From positions 1 to 64,000 of IMG/VR virus record IMGVR_UViG_3300009130_000012: 64,000 nt of DNA; one strand, given 5' to 3'. This DNA comes from a virus. Of the stretch, positions 6,377 to 15,455 are shown in pieces; positions within the stretch are counted from its first letter, which is position 1, and each line of letters begins with the position of its first letter. Position numbers and translations under genes: made by a program. The notes beneath the pieces were generated by a model that did no database searches, had not been told where the DNA came from, and was given only the letters and a program-made list of their open reading frames with translations.

Positions 6377-6712
6377 ATGGGTACTAAATTATCTAAAAAC
6401 ATACAAAGAGAAACGGATATTGAAGTTGATGATAAGGAATTAGTCATTACATTATATTCTGATGGTGAAATTGGTATTAAACCTAAAGGGACTAGAGGTA
6501 AGGAGAAGAAAATAGGTATATTAGACTTATGGGAACATCTTAGCGAAAGTAGTCCAAAGGAATCTAAGAAAAAGAAAAATAGTAGTGATGAACCCATGAT
6601 TAGTTTATATGATTTAAGACATCATAGTGCTATTAGTGGTTTAGGACCTCAGTTGACTGCTAAATTCGATGGTATACTTAAAAGTTTGATTGATGAATGG
6701 TATAGGAACTAG
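6377..6712 (+). CDS. hypothetical protein
   Basis: 111-aa ORF overlapping the DHFR start. Confidence 0.7.
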   Translation: MGTKLSKNIQRETDIEVDDKELVITLYSDGEIGIKPKGTRGKEKKIGILDLWEHLSESSPKESKKKKNSSDEPMISLYDLRHHSAISGLGPQLTAKFDGILKSLIDEWYRN

Positions 6713-7163
6713 CATGATAGTAGCTGTAGCCAATAATAATATTATTGGTAATAAAGGTGATTTACCTTGGCACCTACCACCAGATTTAAAATATTTTAAA
6801 GAAGTTACCACTGGTAAAACGGTAGTTATGGGTAGGAAGTGTTACGAAAGTATTGGTAAACCACTACCAAATCGTAAAAATGTTATTTTAACCAGAGACG
6901 TTAATTTTGCAGCACCCCGCTGCACAATTATAAATAATCCAGAAGAGGCTGATTTAACTGATGCGTTTATTATTGGTGGTAGTGAAGTTTATAACTTATA
7001 TTTAGATAAATGTGACTACCTATATTTAACTAGAATATTTGAGCATTTTGAAGGTGATACTTTCTTAGATTTGGATATGACAAATTGGGAACCCTATAAG
7101 GTAAGTGGATTAAAGGAGTATGGTGATATTAAATATAGATTTGAGGTCTATAGAAAGTCATAA
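6690..7163 (+). CDS. folA: dihydrofolate reductase
   Basis: MIVAVANNNIIGNKGDLPWHLPPDLKYFK...VVMGRKCYESIGKPLPNRKNVILTR...IIGG. Confidence 0.97.
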   Translation: MMNGIGTSMIVAVANNNIIGNKGDLPWHLPPDLKYFKEVTTGKTVVMGRKCYESIGKPLPNRKNVILTRDVNFAAPRCTIINNPEEADLTDAFIIGGSEVYNLYLDKCDYLYLTRIFEHFEGDTFLDLDMTNWEPYKVSGLKEYGDIKYRFEVYRKS

Positions 7164-7198
7164 TTAAGTGCTATTGTAAGCACAATAATGTATTTATT

Positions 7199-7408
7199 AT
7201 GGGTCAGTTATTATTATTTATGGGCGGATTAACCGCAATAATTTATTTTATTTTAATAAAATCGTATTTAATGAATTTAGACGAAAAAGACAAAAAAAGT
7301 AAATGTTCTAAATGCGGAATGAAATATTCCGACAATAATGAGAAGAGTTCTATCAACAATACTGGTAAATGTATTACATGTAATGCGATAGAAAATGGTA
7401 GACCGTAA
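7199..7408 (+). CDS. small membrane-anchored CxxC/CxxC protein
   Basis: N-terminal TM helix; CSKC...CITC. Confidence 0.6.
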   Translation: MGQLLLFMGGLTAIIYFILIKSYLMNLDEKDKKSKCSKCGMKYSDNNEKSSINNTGKCITCNAIENGRP

Positions 7409-7473
7409 AAAGTTTATTATTTTTTTGATTATATAATTAAAAAATATTATCTTTATAATCTAAATTATTTAAA

Positions 7474-7725
7474 ATGAAAAGATTAGGGTTAAGTTTACTG
7501 ATTAGTGTTTTAATATTAACTAGTGTTAATGCTGGTGGGACTAGTAATACAGTGCCTTTGGAAAACAAAGATAGAGACATATTCACATACAAAACAATAA
7601 ATTCAGATACATTATTTATTTTAAACACTCCGTTAGGTCGTTTGACTAAGGAAATATGGGATAATGATACAATTACCATCAAAAAACCTACAATCATTTT
7701 CGTAATAAATTTACCAAATAGGTAA
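7474..7725 (+). CDS. small secreted protein
   Basis: signal-peptide-like MKRLGLSLLISVLILTSVNA. Confidence 0.6.
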   Translation: MKRLGLSLLISVLILTSVNAGGTSNTVPLENKDRDIFTYKTINSDTLFILNTPLGRLTKEIWDNDTITIKKPTIIFVINLPNR

Positions 7726-7818
7726 TTAGCTTACTTCCGTCGTATATTTATAAATAAAAGCAATATTACTTTTCTTATTGTGCTTTTGTTTTGTTTTTTA
7801 TTAAAACTCGATTTACGT

Positions 7819-8097
7819 ATGGGAATGATGCCAAAGATTAATGTGAATATTCGTTATGGTATGATTATAGTTAACGAATCAAATTTAGACGAAATAGGAC
7901 TACCATCTGTAATTGAATTCTTGGGTATGGAGGATGTACCAACAGAAGTTGAATTATGGGACTTTATGTCTGAGTTCATGGATGAGAATCCAGATATCGA
8001 TTGGGATTCTAACGATTATGTTGCTATGATGGCAACACCAGAAATCGTTAAATTTTATCGAGATAAGTATATTAATTGGATTATTAGTCAAAATTAA
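7819..8097 (+). CDS. hypothetical acidic protein
   Basis: start reassigned to MGMMPKIN within the track ORF. Confidence 0.6.
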   Translation: MGMMPKINVNIRYGMIIVNESNLDEIGLPSVIEFLGMEDVPTEVELWDFMSEFMDENPDIDWDSNDYVAMMATPEIVKFYRDKYINWIISQN

Positions 8098-8152
8098 TTT
8101 GTTTTTAAAAAAAAAATTACTTATAATTGTATTGAACATTAAATAATACGTT

Positions 8153-8725
8153 ATGAGAAAGTTATTTTTATTCTTAATTATTCCTTTATTATTATCTTGT
8201 AAAAAAGACGAAATTGAATATAATGATATTCACGTTGATGTAGAGGATAGTATAGATGGTACTGGTATAACTCTTGAGGGTAGTTGGGTTTTAATTGGTG
8301 GGCAAATGTATGTCACTAATTTAGATAATAATGTAAAAACAAGATACGCACACTTTTCTGACGAAAAAACTCATAGTTCTATGAGAATGGATGGCTCTAT
8401 CTATAGAATAGAGGAGTTATATGTCGATAGTACTACATGGACATTTAGGAAGTATTCGGATTCACCTTACGGAAAATTCTATTTAGATAAGGATAGTGTT
8501 AATTACTATGGTATGCAAATTAGCACTTATGCTAATAGGATAACTGAAGCTATGGAGGTTAATTTACCTAGAAAAATGGCTGGTAGTTCCAAACCTTTTA
8601 GAGCATTTGTTAATGATTTAGAATATCAAATTATAGATATTAAAGTACATGAAGCGTACACGAATGACGGTATAAATAATTTTAATTATTATTCTATATT
8701 ACAATTTAAAAAATTGGATGATTAA
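8153..8725 (+). CDS. lipoprotein
   Basis: MRKLFLFLIIPLLLSC lipobox followed by KKDE, resembling the Bacteroidetes lipoprotein export signal. Confidence 0.75.
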   Translation: MRKLFLFLIIPLLLSCKKDEIEYNDIHVDVEDSIDGTGITLEGSWVLIGGQMYVTNLDNNVKTRYAHFSDEKTHSSMRMDGSIYRIEELYVDSTTWTFRKYSDSPYGKFYLDKDSVNYYGMQISTYANRITEAMEVNLPRKMAGSSKPFRAFVNDLEYQIIDIKVHEAYTNDGINNFNYYSILQFKKLDD

Positions 8726-8775
8726 GTTTAATAATTAATATATTTGTAGTATATTTATAGTATAAAAATTTTATT

Positions 8776-9084
8776 ATGGAGAGTATTAATATTGATAATC
8801 ACGATACGTTCGTGGGAGAAGGAATTAAAGTTTTAGCATTTAAAGCTGGTTGGTGTGGACCTTGTAGAATGCTAACGCCAGTATTGGAAGAAATGAATGA
8901 GACTAATGAGGTAATTACCGTTGGTACTGTAGATGTTGATGAGGAGAACGAATTAGCTATGAAGTACGGAATTAGAAATATCCCAACAACTTTATTTATT
9001 AAAGATGGTGAGGTTAAACAAAAAGTTACTGGCGCTAAATCTAAGGGAGATTTGGAAGTCATTCTAAACGAGCTTAGTGCATAA
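8776..9084 (+). CDS. trxA: thioredoxin
   Basis: WCGPC active site; YGIRNIPT. Confidence 0.95.
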   Translation: MESINIDNHDTFVGEGIKVLAFKAGWCGPCRMLTPVLEEMNETNEVITVGTVDVDEENELAMKYGIRNIPTTLFIKDGEVKQKVTGAKSKGDLEVILNELSA

Positions 9085-9118
9085 ACCAATAAAAAATTAT
9101 TGTTAAATTGTTAACTAT

Positions 9119-9144
9119 AAGGGGTCAATTTGACCCCTTTTTTT
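9119..9144 (+). terminator. intrinsic terminator
   Basis: AAGGGGTCA-ATT-TGACCCCTT followed by a T-tract. Confidence 0.85.
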
Positions 9145-9181
9145 GTGTCTTAATGATATTTATTATTAAAGAACTTTCATC

Positions 9182-9496
9182 GTGAAAGACACAATTAAAA
9201 AAGTATTAAGAGAGTATTATGGAGAATTTAACTCTAAACTAGAAAGAGATTATGAAAATAAAATAATCTCAGTTTTGTTGTCTGCGGAATTGGAAGAAAA
9301 GCATAAATGGGCTACGTATAATCAAGTGATTTTAGAACTCAAGACAAATTTAATCAATTCGATAAAAATTTCAGAACTTCAGTACCGTTTAACTGATAAT
9401 GAAGACCCAAGTAAGTGTTGTTTAGATGTGATAGAGTCAATAGATGAATGTACCCCAGAAATGGTTAGATTATATTCTAAAATAAAACTATTTTAA
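9182..9496 (+). CDS. hypothetical protein (probable paralog of 9500-9823)
   Basis: TATTTAT upstream; N-terminal IKKVLRE motif. Confidence 0.7.
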   Translation: MKDTIKKVLREYYGEFNSKLERDYENKIISVLLSAELEEKHKWATYNQVILELKTNLINSIKISELQYRLTDNEDPSKCCLDVIESIDECTPEMVRLYSKIKLF

Positions 9497-9499
9497 TTA

Positions 9500-9823
9500 A
9501 TGTTGATTGAAATGAGAACTAATAGAAGATACAGTAATATTCTAGAAAAGGAATACTACAGAGTTATTAAAGGATTAAAGAATAGTAAAATTACTGAAGA
9601 GCGTATAGATACTTATGTTGAAATTATGCAAGAAATTAAAAATTTATTAGGTGATACGGCACTTGGTGAATATAAATACGAGATTACTGGAGAGGGGGAA
9701 ATCAATGAGGTCACTTTAGATTTTTTAAATAGAATAGGTGATAGCGGTTATATATCTAAATTAAAAAGAGATATAATTCACTTTATGGGAGTTGATTGGA
9801 TGAATAAATATACGTCTTTTTAA
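9500..9823 (+). CDS. hypothetical protein (probable paralog of 9182-9496)
   Basis: shares a Y..I..E.K..L....E..Y..T...E....LD....I pattern with the upstream gene. Confidence 0.7.
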   Translation: MLIEMRTNRRYSNILEKEYYRVIKGLKNSKITEERIDTYVEIMQEIKNLLGDTALGEYKYEITGEGEINEVTLDFLNRIGDSGYISKLKRDIIHFMGVDWMNKYTSF

Positions 9824-9874
9824 AAGTTAAGACATATTTATATAGTATATAATAATATTTGCAAAGGTTATAAT

Positions 9875-10063
9875 ATGGAAAAGAAAGTGATTAAAATGAA
9901 AGAGTCAGAGTTAGCTCAAATTATCGAAACTGTAGTTGAAAAGGTTTTGGTTGAAAGAAAACAGGAGTGGATTGCTGAACAAAAAGCTAAAAACGAAGCT
10001 ATCTTGGAAGAAAAAGTTAAAGCTATCGTAGGTAAGGTGGTTAAAGAACAAAAAACTAAGTAA
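9875..10063 (+). CDS. small coiled-coil protein, possibly head-internal
   Basis: IKMKESELAQIIETVVE; TATTTAT upstream and terminator downstream. Confidence 0.7.
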   Translation: MEKKVIKMKESELAQIIETVVEKVLVERKQEWIAEQKAKNEAILEEKVKAIVGKVVKEQKTK

Positions 10064-10092
10064 TTAGTAAACTCTTACCAAAAAAATGTTTT

Positions 10093-10121
10093 AAAGTGGT
10101 GCTAAAAAGTACCACTTTTTT
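10093..10121 (+). terminator. intrinsic terminator
   Basis: AAAGTGGTGCT-AAAA-AGTACCACTTT followed by Ts. Confidence 0.8.
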
Positions 10122-10148
10122 GTTTTATAGGATTTTTTTCTTATATTA

Positions 10149-10904
10149 GTGACTATGAGAAAGTTAATTATATTCACGATAGTGCCTTCATTGGCTGTAA
10201 TGATATTTAGCGGTACATCAAATACGTCACTGGTTAGTAACTTAATATACAAGTTAAATCTTAAAACTGATAGTTTAAATCATTATAAAAGTATTTTCGA
10301 TTCAATAAACGATAATGAAACACTAAAATATAAGTACGTACATAACCGTTTTAAACTATATAATGATAAAATTGATAGTGTAACTGTAAAAACTTTTATT
10401 GAGGTGGCTACCACATTTAAATTAGACACTAACATGTATATGTTTGATATGATTATTGCTCAGATATGTGTTGAGTCTGGTGCTAAACATAGGTATAAGA
10501 ATGGTAAGTTAGTTGTTAGTTCTGGTAACGCTATAGGAATAACTCAAATAGTTCCAAATAGTGGTTATAGATTTCTAAAAAATGTTGTCAAAAAGGATGA
10601 TAGGTTGTATAACGAATTAGGTGGCACCTATTATGGTCATATAATTAATAAAAGTAGATGTAAAGCTAGGAATGATGTTAAAAAGTTTTTAGCGATAGAG
10701 AGGAATAATATAATATTATGGGGTTATATTATGCGATATAGTTTAGAAAAAGCTGATGGTAAACTAGAAGATGCGTTACTGATATATAATCAAGGAGAGG
10801 GGTTTTATAGACGTTTTATTAAACGTAAAAAAAATGTGACTAACTTCGCTTACGTTAGTCACATACATAATGTAAATTATAAATTATTACGTAGTTGTAA
10901 ATAA
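10149..10904 (+). CDS. SLT-family lytic transglycosylase with N-terminal anchor
   Basis: QICVESG (catalytic Glu), AIGITQI, ALLIYNQG motifs. Confidence 0.85.
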   Translation: MTMRKLIIFTIVPSLAVMIFSGTSNTSLVSNLIYKLNLKTDSLNHYKSIFDSINDNETLKYKYVHNRFKLYNDKIDSVTVKTFIEVATTFKLDTNMYMFDMIIAQICVESGAKHRYKNGKLVVSSGNAIGITQIVPNSGYRFLKNVVKKDDRLYNELGGTYYGHIINKSRCKARNDVKKFLAIERNNIILWGYIMRYSLEKADGKLEDALLIYNQGEGFYRRFIKRKKNVTNFAYVSHIHNVNYKLLRSCK

Positions 10905-11207
10905 CTACCTAACGTCTCTGAATTGCAAACAGATGGGATTGAACTTTCTTAAACTCTCAAGTATTGTACCTCTAAGGTACGATTTAGTCTCCTCAACTTT
11001 AGCTAATTTAGTGTAGTAAAATATATCCTCATATAAATGGTCTAAAGCAATTTCTTTAGCCAACTCTTTATCAGTAGTGTGCTCCAGTTCAACTTTAATT
11101 CCTTTAGCTAATTCTGTTTTAGCAACTTCTAAGTTTTTTTTATGTAGTTTAGCGATGTCAGCGATTGTTTTACCATCAGCCAACCCACCTTTTAATTTAT
11201 CTCCCAT
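10905..11207 (-). CDS. DUF5661-like phage protein
   Basis: LKGGLADG...ELAKGIKVELEHT...AKEIALDHLYED..YYTKL. Confidence 0.75.
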   Translation of the reverse strand: MGDKLKGGLADGKTIADIAKLHKKNLEVAKTELAKGIKVELEHTTDKELAKEIALDHLYEDIFYYTKLAKVEETKSYLRGTILESLRKFNPICLQFRDVR

Positions 11208-11220
11208 ACTAATAAATATA

Positions 11221-11247
11221 AAAAAAAGGGACTTAAGTCCCTTTTTT
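11221..11247 (-). terminator. intrinsic terminator after clpC
   Basis: near-perfect palindrome AAAAAAAGGGACTTAAGTCCCTTTTTT. Confidence 0.8.
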
Positions 11248-11248
11248 G

Positions 11249-13735
11249 TTATTGTTTGAATGTTAATTTATCCGAATCTTTAGTATGGGTTACCTTTATT
11301 AGTTCGTCAGTATTAAAGGTGCCGTCAATAATCTTTTCAGCTAATACCACTTCTAGATGTCTATTAATTGCTCGTTTAATAGGTCTAGCCCCAAATTCTG
11401 AATCAAATCCCTCATCAACTAAGAATTTTATAGCGCTTGGATTAACTTTGATTTGGAATCCTTTATGCATTAACCTTTCCGACACCATTCTAACTTCATT
11501 AACGACTATCTTAGATATATCATCTTTTTTGAGAGAATTAAAGAACACTATTTCATCGATACGATTTATGAACTCTGGTGCGAAAACACCTTTCATTTCT
11601 TTCTCGATAATTTCTCTAACTCGATTATCCTCGTCGGCAACTCTAGATTTTGTGTCAAACCCTACTGAACTACCCGAATTCATAGCTTTTCTAACACCAG
11701 TGTTTGACGTCATCAAAATAATAGTGTTTTTGAAATTTATTTCTCTACCTAAACTATCTTTAATGTGACCATCATCCATAATTTGTAACATCATATTAAA
11801 TACATCTGGATGAGCTTTTTCAATTTCATCAAATAATACAACAGAATATGGTTTACGTCTAACTTTCTCAGTTAAATCCCCTCCAGATTCATAACCAACA
11901 TAACCAGGAGGTGCTCCAACTAATTTACTAACACTAAAACTTTCGTTGTATTCTGACATATCAACTCTAATTAATGCGTTTTCATCATTAAACATGTGTT
12001 TAGCTAACATCTTAGCTACTTGAGTTTTACCAACGCCAGTAGAGCCGATTAACATAAAGCTACCTACAGGTTTATTTGGATTACCTATACCTATTCTACC
12101 AACTTTAATAGCTGAGACAATCTTATTTATAGCTTCGTCTTGTCCTATAACATCTTTTTTAAGTAGTTTATCTAAATTAGAAATCTGTTTATTTTCAGAA
12201 ACACCCATTTTGGTTACTGGAACGCCACTAATTTGACTAACAATTTCTCTAATCTTTTCATCATCAACTACTCGTCTATTATTTTTAAGTTTGGATTCCC
12301 AATCCTTTCTTAATTTAGAAACTTTAGTCTTAAGTTTACTTTCTTTATCACGTAAAGAGGCGGCTTTTTCGTATTGTTGGGACTTGACAACTTTTAGTTT
12401 CTCGTCATTGACTTCACGAATTTCGTCCTCTAATCCAACTATATTTTTAGGTGTTGGGATATTCACTGAAGCTTTAGCTCCAGACTCGTCCAGTAAATCT
12501 ATTGCCTTATCTGGTAGGTGTCTATCTGTAATATACCTATGTGATAATTTAACACATTCTTCTATAGCCTCATCAGTATAATTAACAGCATGGAAATCTT
12601 CATACTTAGACTTAATGTTGTTAAGAATGAAAATAGCTTCATCCACTGATGGTTCTTCGATTTGAACTTTTTGAAATCTTCTGGTTAATGCCGCATCTTT
12701 TTCGATATTCTCACGATATTCATCTAATGTTGTCGCACCAATTACTTTAATTTCACCTCTAGCTAATGCTGGTTTTAAAATGTTAGCCGCATCTAAAGAC
12801 CCGCTAGTGCTACCAGCGCCAACAATCGTATGAATTTCATCGATAAATAGGATAATGTCATCATTATCTTCCAATTCCTTTACTAATCCTTGAATCCTTT
12901 CCTCAAATTGTCCTCTATATTTAGTTCCAGCAACCATGTTAGAGACATCCATCGAGTAAATTTCTTTACCTAACAACGTCCTTGGTGCAGTACCGTTAAT
13001 TATTTGCAATGCTAACCCTTCCACAATAGCAGATTTACCACAACCAGCAGGACCTACAATAATTGGATTGTGTTTTCTACGTCTAGCTAAAATAGTTATA
13101 ATCTCATTAATCTCTACATCTCTACCAATTACTGGGTCAATTTTTTGTTCTTTAGCCAATGTAGTTATATTTCTACATAAAGAATCTAATATCGGTGTTT
13201 TAGGTGAACCTTCTTTAGCAGTATTACGATTACGTCTTCTTTTTTTAGAGCTACCTTCATTAGGTTCCTCAATACTAGATTTAACTTCGTGGCTAGTACC
13301 ACCTAACTTTTCTCTCATATTGTCATAATTTATATTAAAGTTTTTCAAAAATTTACTTACGGATGAATCGAAATATAATATGGATGTTATAATGTGCGAA
13401 AATGACCCATAATCTAGACCTAATTCTTCAACCAAACTATGCGTATGGGCAAATACTTCCCTAACATCTTCATCTGGTATTACATTTTTAACTGTTAATG
13501 GACTATGATTTAATAAAGCGTTATTATAACAGAAATCGTGTAAACTATTAATATCCACACCATTTTCACTAAGGAAGTTTATTGCCTCAGTAATTTCGAA
13601 TTCGATTATTGTTAGTATTATATGTTCCAACATTAATTTTGGTGCACCGAATTGTTTAGCTTTTAAAACAGACTCACGCATCATTTCACTCACAATTCTA
13701 TCCATACCATTACTCATGCCACAAATATATGTCAT
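11249..13735 (-). CDS. clpC: ClpC/ClpA-family AAA+ chaperone (true start probably MSNG at 13717)
   Basis: IDPVIGRD; GPAGCGKS; LFIDEIHTIVGAG; UVR-like M domain QQYEKAASLRD; GSTGVGKT; KLVGAPPGYVGY; FGARPIKR. Confidence 0.95.
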   Translation of the reverse strand: MTYICGMSNGMDRIVSEMMRESVLKAKQFGAPKLMLEHIILTIIEFEITEAINFLSENGVDINSLHDFCYNNALLNHSPLTVKNVIPDEDVREVFAHTHSLVEELGLDYGSFSHIITSILYFDSSVSKFLKNFNINYDNMREKLGGTSHEVKSSIEEPNEGSSKKRRRNRNTAKEGSPKTPILDSLCRNITTLAKEQKIDPVIGRDVEINEIITILARRRKHNPIIVGPAGCGKSAIVEGLALQIINGTAPRTLLGKEIYSMDVSNMVAGTKYRGQFEERIQGLVKELEDNDDIILFIDEIHTIVGAGSTSGSLDAANILKPALARGEIKVIGATTLDEYRENIEKDAALTRRFQKVQIEEPSVDEAIFILNNIKSKYEDFHAVNYTDEAIEECVKLSHRYITDRHLPDKAIDLLDESGAKASVNIPTPKNIVGLEDEIREVNDEKLKVVKSQQYEKAASLRDKESKLKTKVSKLRKDWESKLKNNRRVVDDEKIREIVSQISGVPVTKMGVSENKQISNLDKLLKKDVIGQDEAINKIVSAIKVGRIGIGNPNKPVGSFMLIGSTGVGKTQVAKMLAKHMFNDENALIRVDMSEYNESFSVSKLVGAPPGYVGYESGGDLTEKVRRKPYSVVLFDEIEKAHPDVFNMMLQIMDDGHIKDSLGREINFKNTIILMTSNTGVRKAMNSGSSVGFDTKSRVADEDNRVREIIEKEMKGVFAPEFINRIDEIVFFNSLKKDDISKIVVNEVRMVSERLMHKGFQIKVNPSAIKFLVDEGFDSEFGARPIKRAINRHLEVVLAEKIIDGTFNTDELIKVTHTKDSDKLTFKQ

Positions 13736-13806
13736 TTTATCTAATACTCAAAGTTGTTTCATCATTTTTTTTATAGTATTTTTGTCAAACATTAAAAATT
13801 ATAATT

Positions 13807-14112
13807 ATGGTAACAAGAAAAATTGTTAAAGAAGACATACATAAATGTCTTATACAATCATCCAACATTAAAGCTTCTGAATATGACGCTAAGAAAAAAG
13901 ATTTACTAGTTACATTCAAAAACGATTCTCAATATGTCTACAAAGGTGTACATGAAGCAGATTATTTAAGATTTGAGATTGCGGAAAGTAATGGTAAGGT
14001 ATTAAACTCAATCATTAAAAAGAATTATAAATTCGAAAAGGTTGATGATTTTAAAAAAATAGATGAAGATTTATATAAACCACTAGAAGAAAATAAAGAA
14101 GATGGAGAATAA
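13807..14112 (+). CDS. KTSC domain protein
   Basis: SSNIKASEYD...LLVTFKNDSQYVYKGV...AESNGKVLNSIIK. Confidence 0.85.
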   Translation: MVTRKIVKEDIHKCLIQSSNIKASEYDAKKKDLLVTFKNDSQYVYKGVHEADYLRFEIAESNGKVLNSIIKKNYKFEKVDDFKKIDEDLYKPLEENKEDGE

Positions 14113-15133
14113 TTTGGATAAACAATATTTGGATATCATGTGTGATATATTACATAATGGACATACCAAAGGTGATAGGACTGGTACTGGAACTAAATCT
14201 CTTTTTAGTAGAGAGATTAGACATAATATGAGAGACGGGTTTCCATTATTAACTACTAAGAAATTGTACACTAAAGGTATTATTCACGAATTACTTTGGT
14301 TCTTAAAAGGTGATACTAATATCAAATACCTAAAAGATAATAAAACAAGGATTTGGGACGAGTGGGCTGATAAGGATGGTGACTTAGGTCCCGTGTATGG
14401 TAAACAATGGGTTAATTGGGGCGGAACTATCGAGACTAAGTTTGGTCCCGAAAAAGATGCTTTAGGTCATCTAGAAAAACACGTTATTCAACATAGAGGA
14501 ATTAATCAAATCCAAAATGCAGTTGACTTATTAAAGAAAGACCCAGATTCTAGACGTATTATGGTGAATGCTTGGAATGTTGGAGAATTGGATGATATGG
14601 CGCTAATGCCTTGTCACTACGGGTTCCAACTTTATACTAGAGAATTGAGTTTGGAAGAACGTAACAATCTACTTACTGATATGTTGAGTGATGGTGTACC
14701 TATTTCAGTTGATAAATTAATACAAGAATTTTATAATAACCCATCGGAGGGGTTGGTAGTTGAAGCTTGTGATAAACTGAACATTCCAACTAGAGAAATA
14801 TCTTTAAAATGGACGCAGAGAAGTGCTGATTATTTGTTAGGGGTTCCGTACAACATTGCTAGTTATGCCTTTCTGCTAGAAATGTTTGCTCAAGAATGTA
14901 ATATGATAGCTGGAGAATTGATTGGTTCTTTTGGAGATGTACACTTGTACAATAATCATATTAAATATGCTGAGGAGCAATTAGAACGTGACTACTATAA
15001 GTATAAATTACCTAAACTTAAACTTAATAAAGCTAAGGATATGTTTAGTTATACTATCGATAATTTTGTAATAGAAGATTATGAAGCTTACCCTAATTGG
15101 ACTGGTGAGAAAAAACCACCAATTGCAGTATAA
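14102..15133 (+). CDS. thyA: thymidylate synthase
   Basis: DRTGTGT; FPLLTTKK; ELLWF; DLGPVYGKQW; SRRIMVNAWN; MALMPCH; QRSADYLLGVPYN; HLYNNH. Confidence 0.97.
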   Translation: MENNLDKQYLDIMCDILHNGHTKGDRTGTGTKSLFSREIRHNMRDGFPLLTTKKLYTKGIIHELLWFLKGDTNIKYLKDNKTRIWDEWADKDGDLGPVYGKQWVNWGGTIETKFGPEKDALGHLEKHVIQHRGINQIQNAVDLLKKDPDSRRIMVNAWNVGELDDMALMPCHYGFQLYTRELSLEERNNLLTDMLSDGVPISVDKLIQEFYNNPSEGLVVEACDKLNIPTREISLKWTQRSADYLLGVPYNIASYAFLLEMFAQECNMIAGELIGSFGDVHLYNNHIKYAEEQLERDYYKYKLPKLKLNKAKDMFSYTIDNFVIEDYEAYPNWTGEKKPPIAV

Positions 15134-15144
15134 TATAACAAAAG

Positions 15145-15176
15145 AAAAGGTCATTCATTACGGATGACCTTTTTTT
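15145..15176 (+). terminator. intrinsic terminator
   Basis: AAAAGGTCATTC-ATTAC-GGATGACCTTTT followed by Ts. Confidence 0.8.
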
Positions 15177-15208
15177 ATTTAACAAACTATTTATATAATA
15201 AAAATGTT

Positions 15209-15442
15209 ATGGGTAAACAGATAAGAAGTAATGTAATACATGCGATTGGTAGTGCCGATTTCACTACGTACATTTATAATAAAGTATATGCTAGTGCTGC
15301 AACCACAATTGTTATCAATGGTAATAGTGTAGATATGGTAGCTGGAACATCTATTGATGATTTAGTAATCACTAGTGCAAGTGGGAGTAACGCATATTTA
15401 ATCGGTTACCCTAAAATGATAACAACTGCTGCGTTTATTTAA
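15209..15442 (+). CDS. small probable virion protein
   Basis: start MGKQIRSN lies downstream of the terminator and of TATTTAT (15188-15194). Confidence 0.7.
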   Translation: MGKQIRSNVIHAIGSADFTTYIYNKVYASAATTIVINGNSVDMVAGTSIDDLVITSASGSNAYLIGYPKMITTAAFI

Positions 15443-15455
15443 TTAAAAATATATT

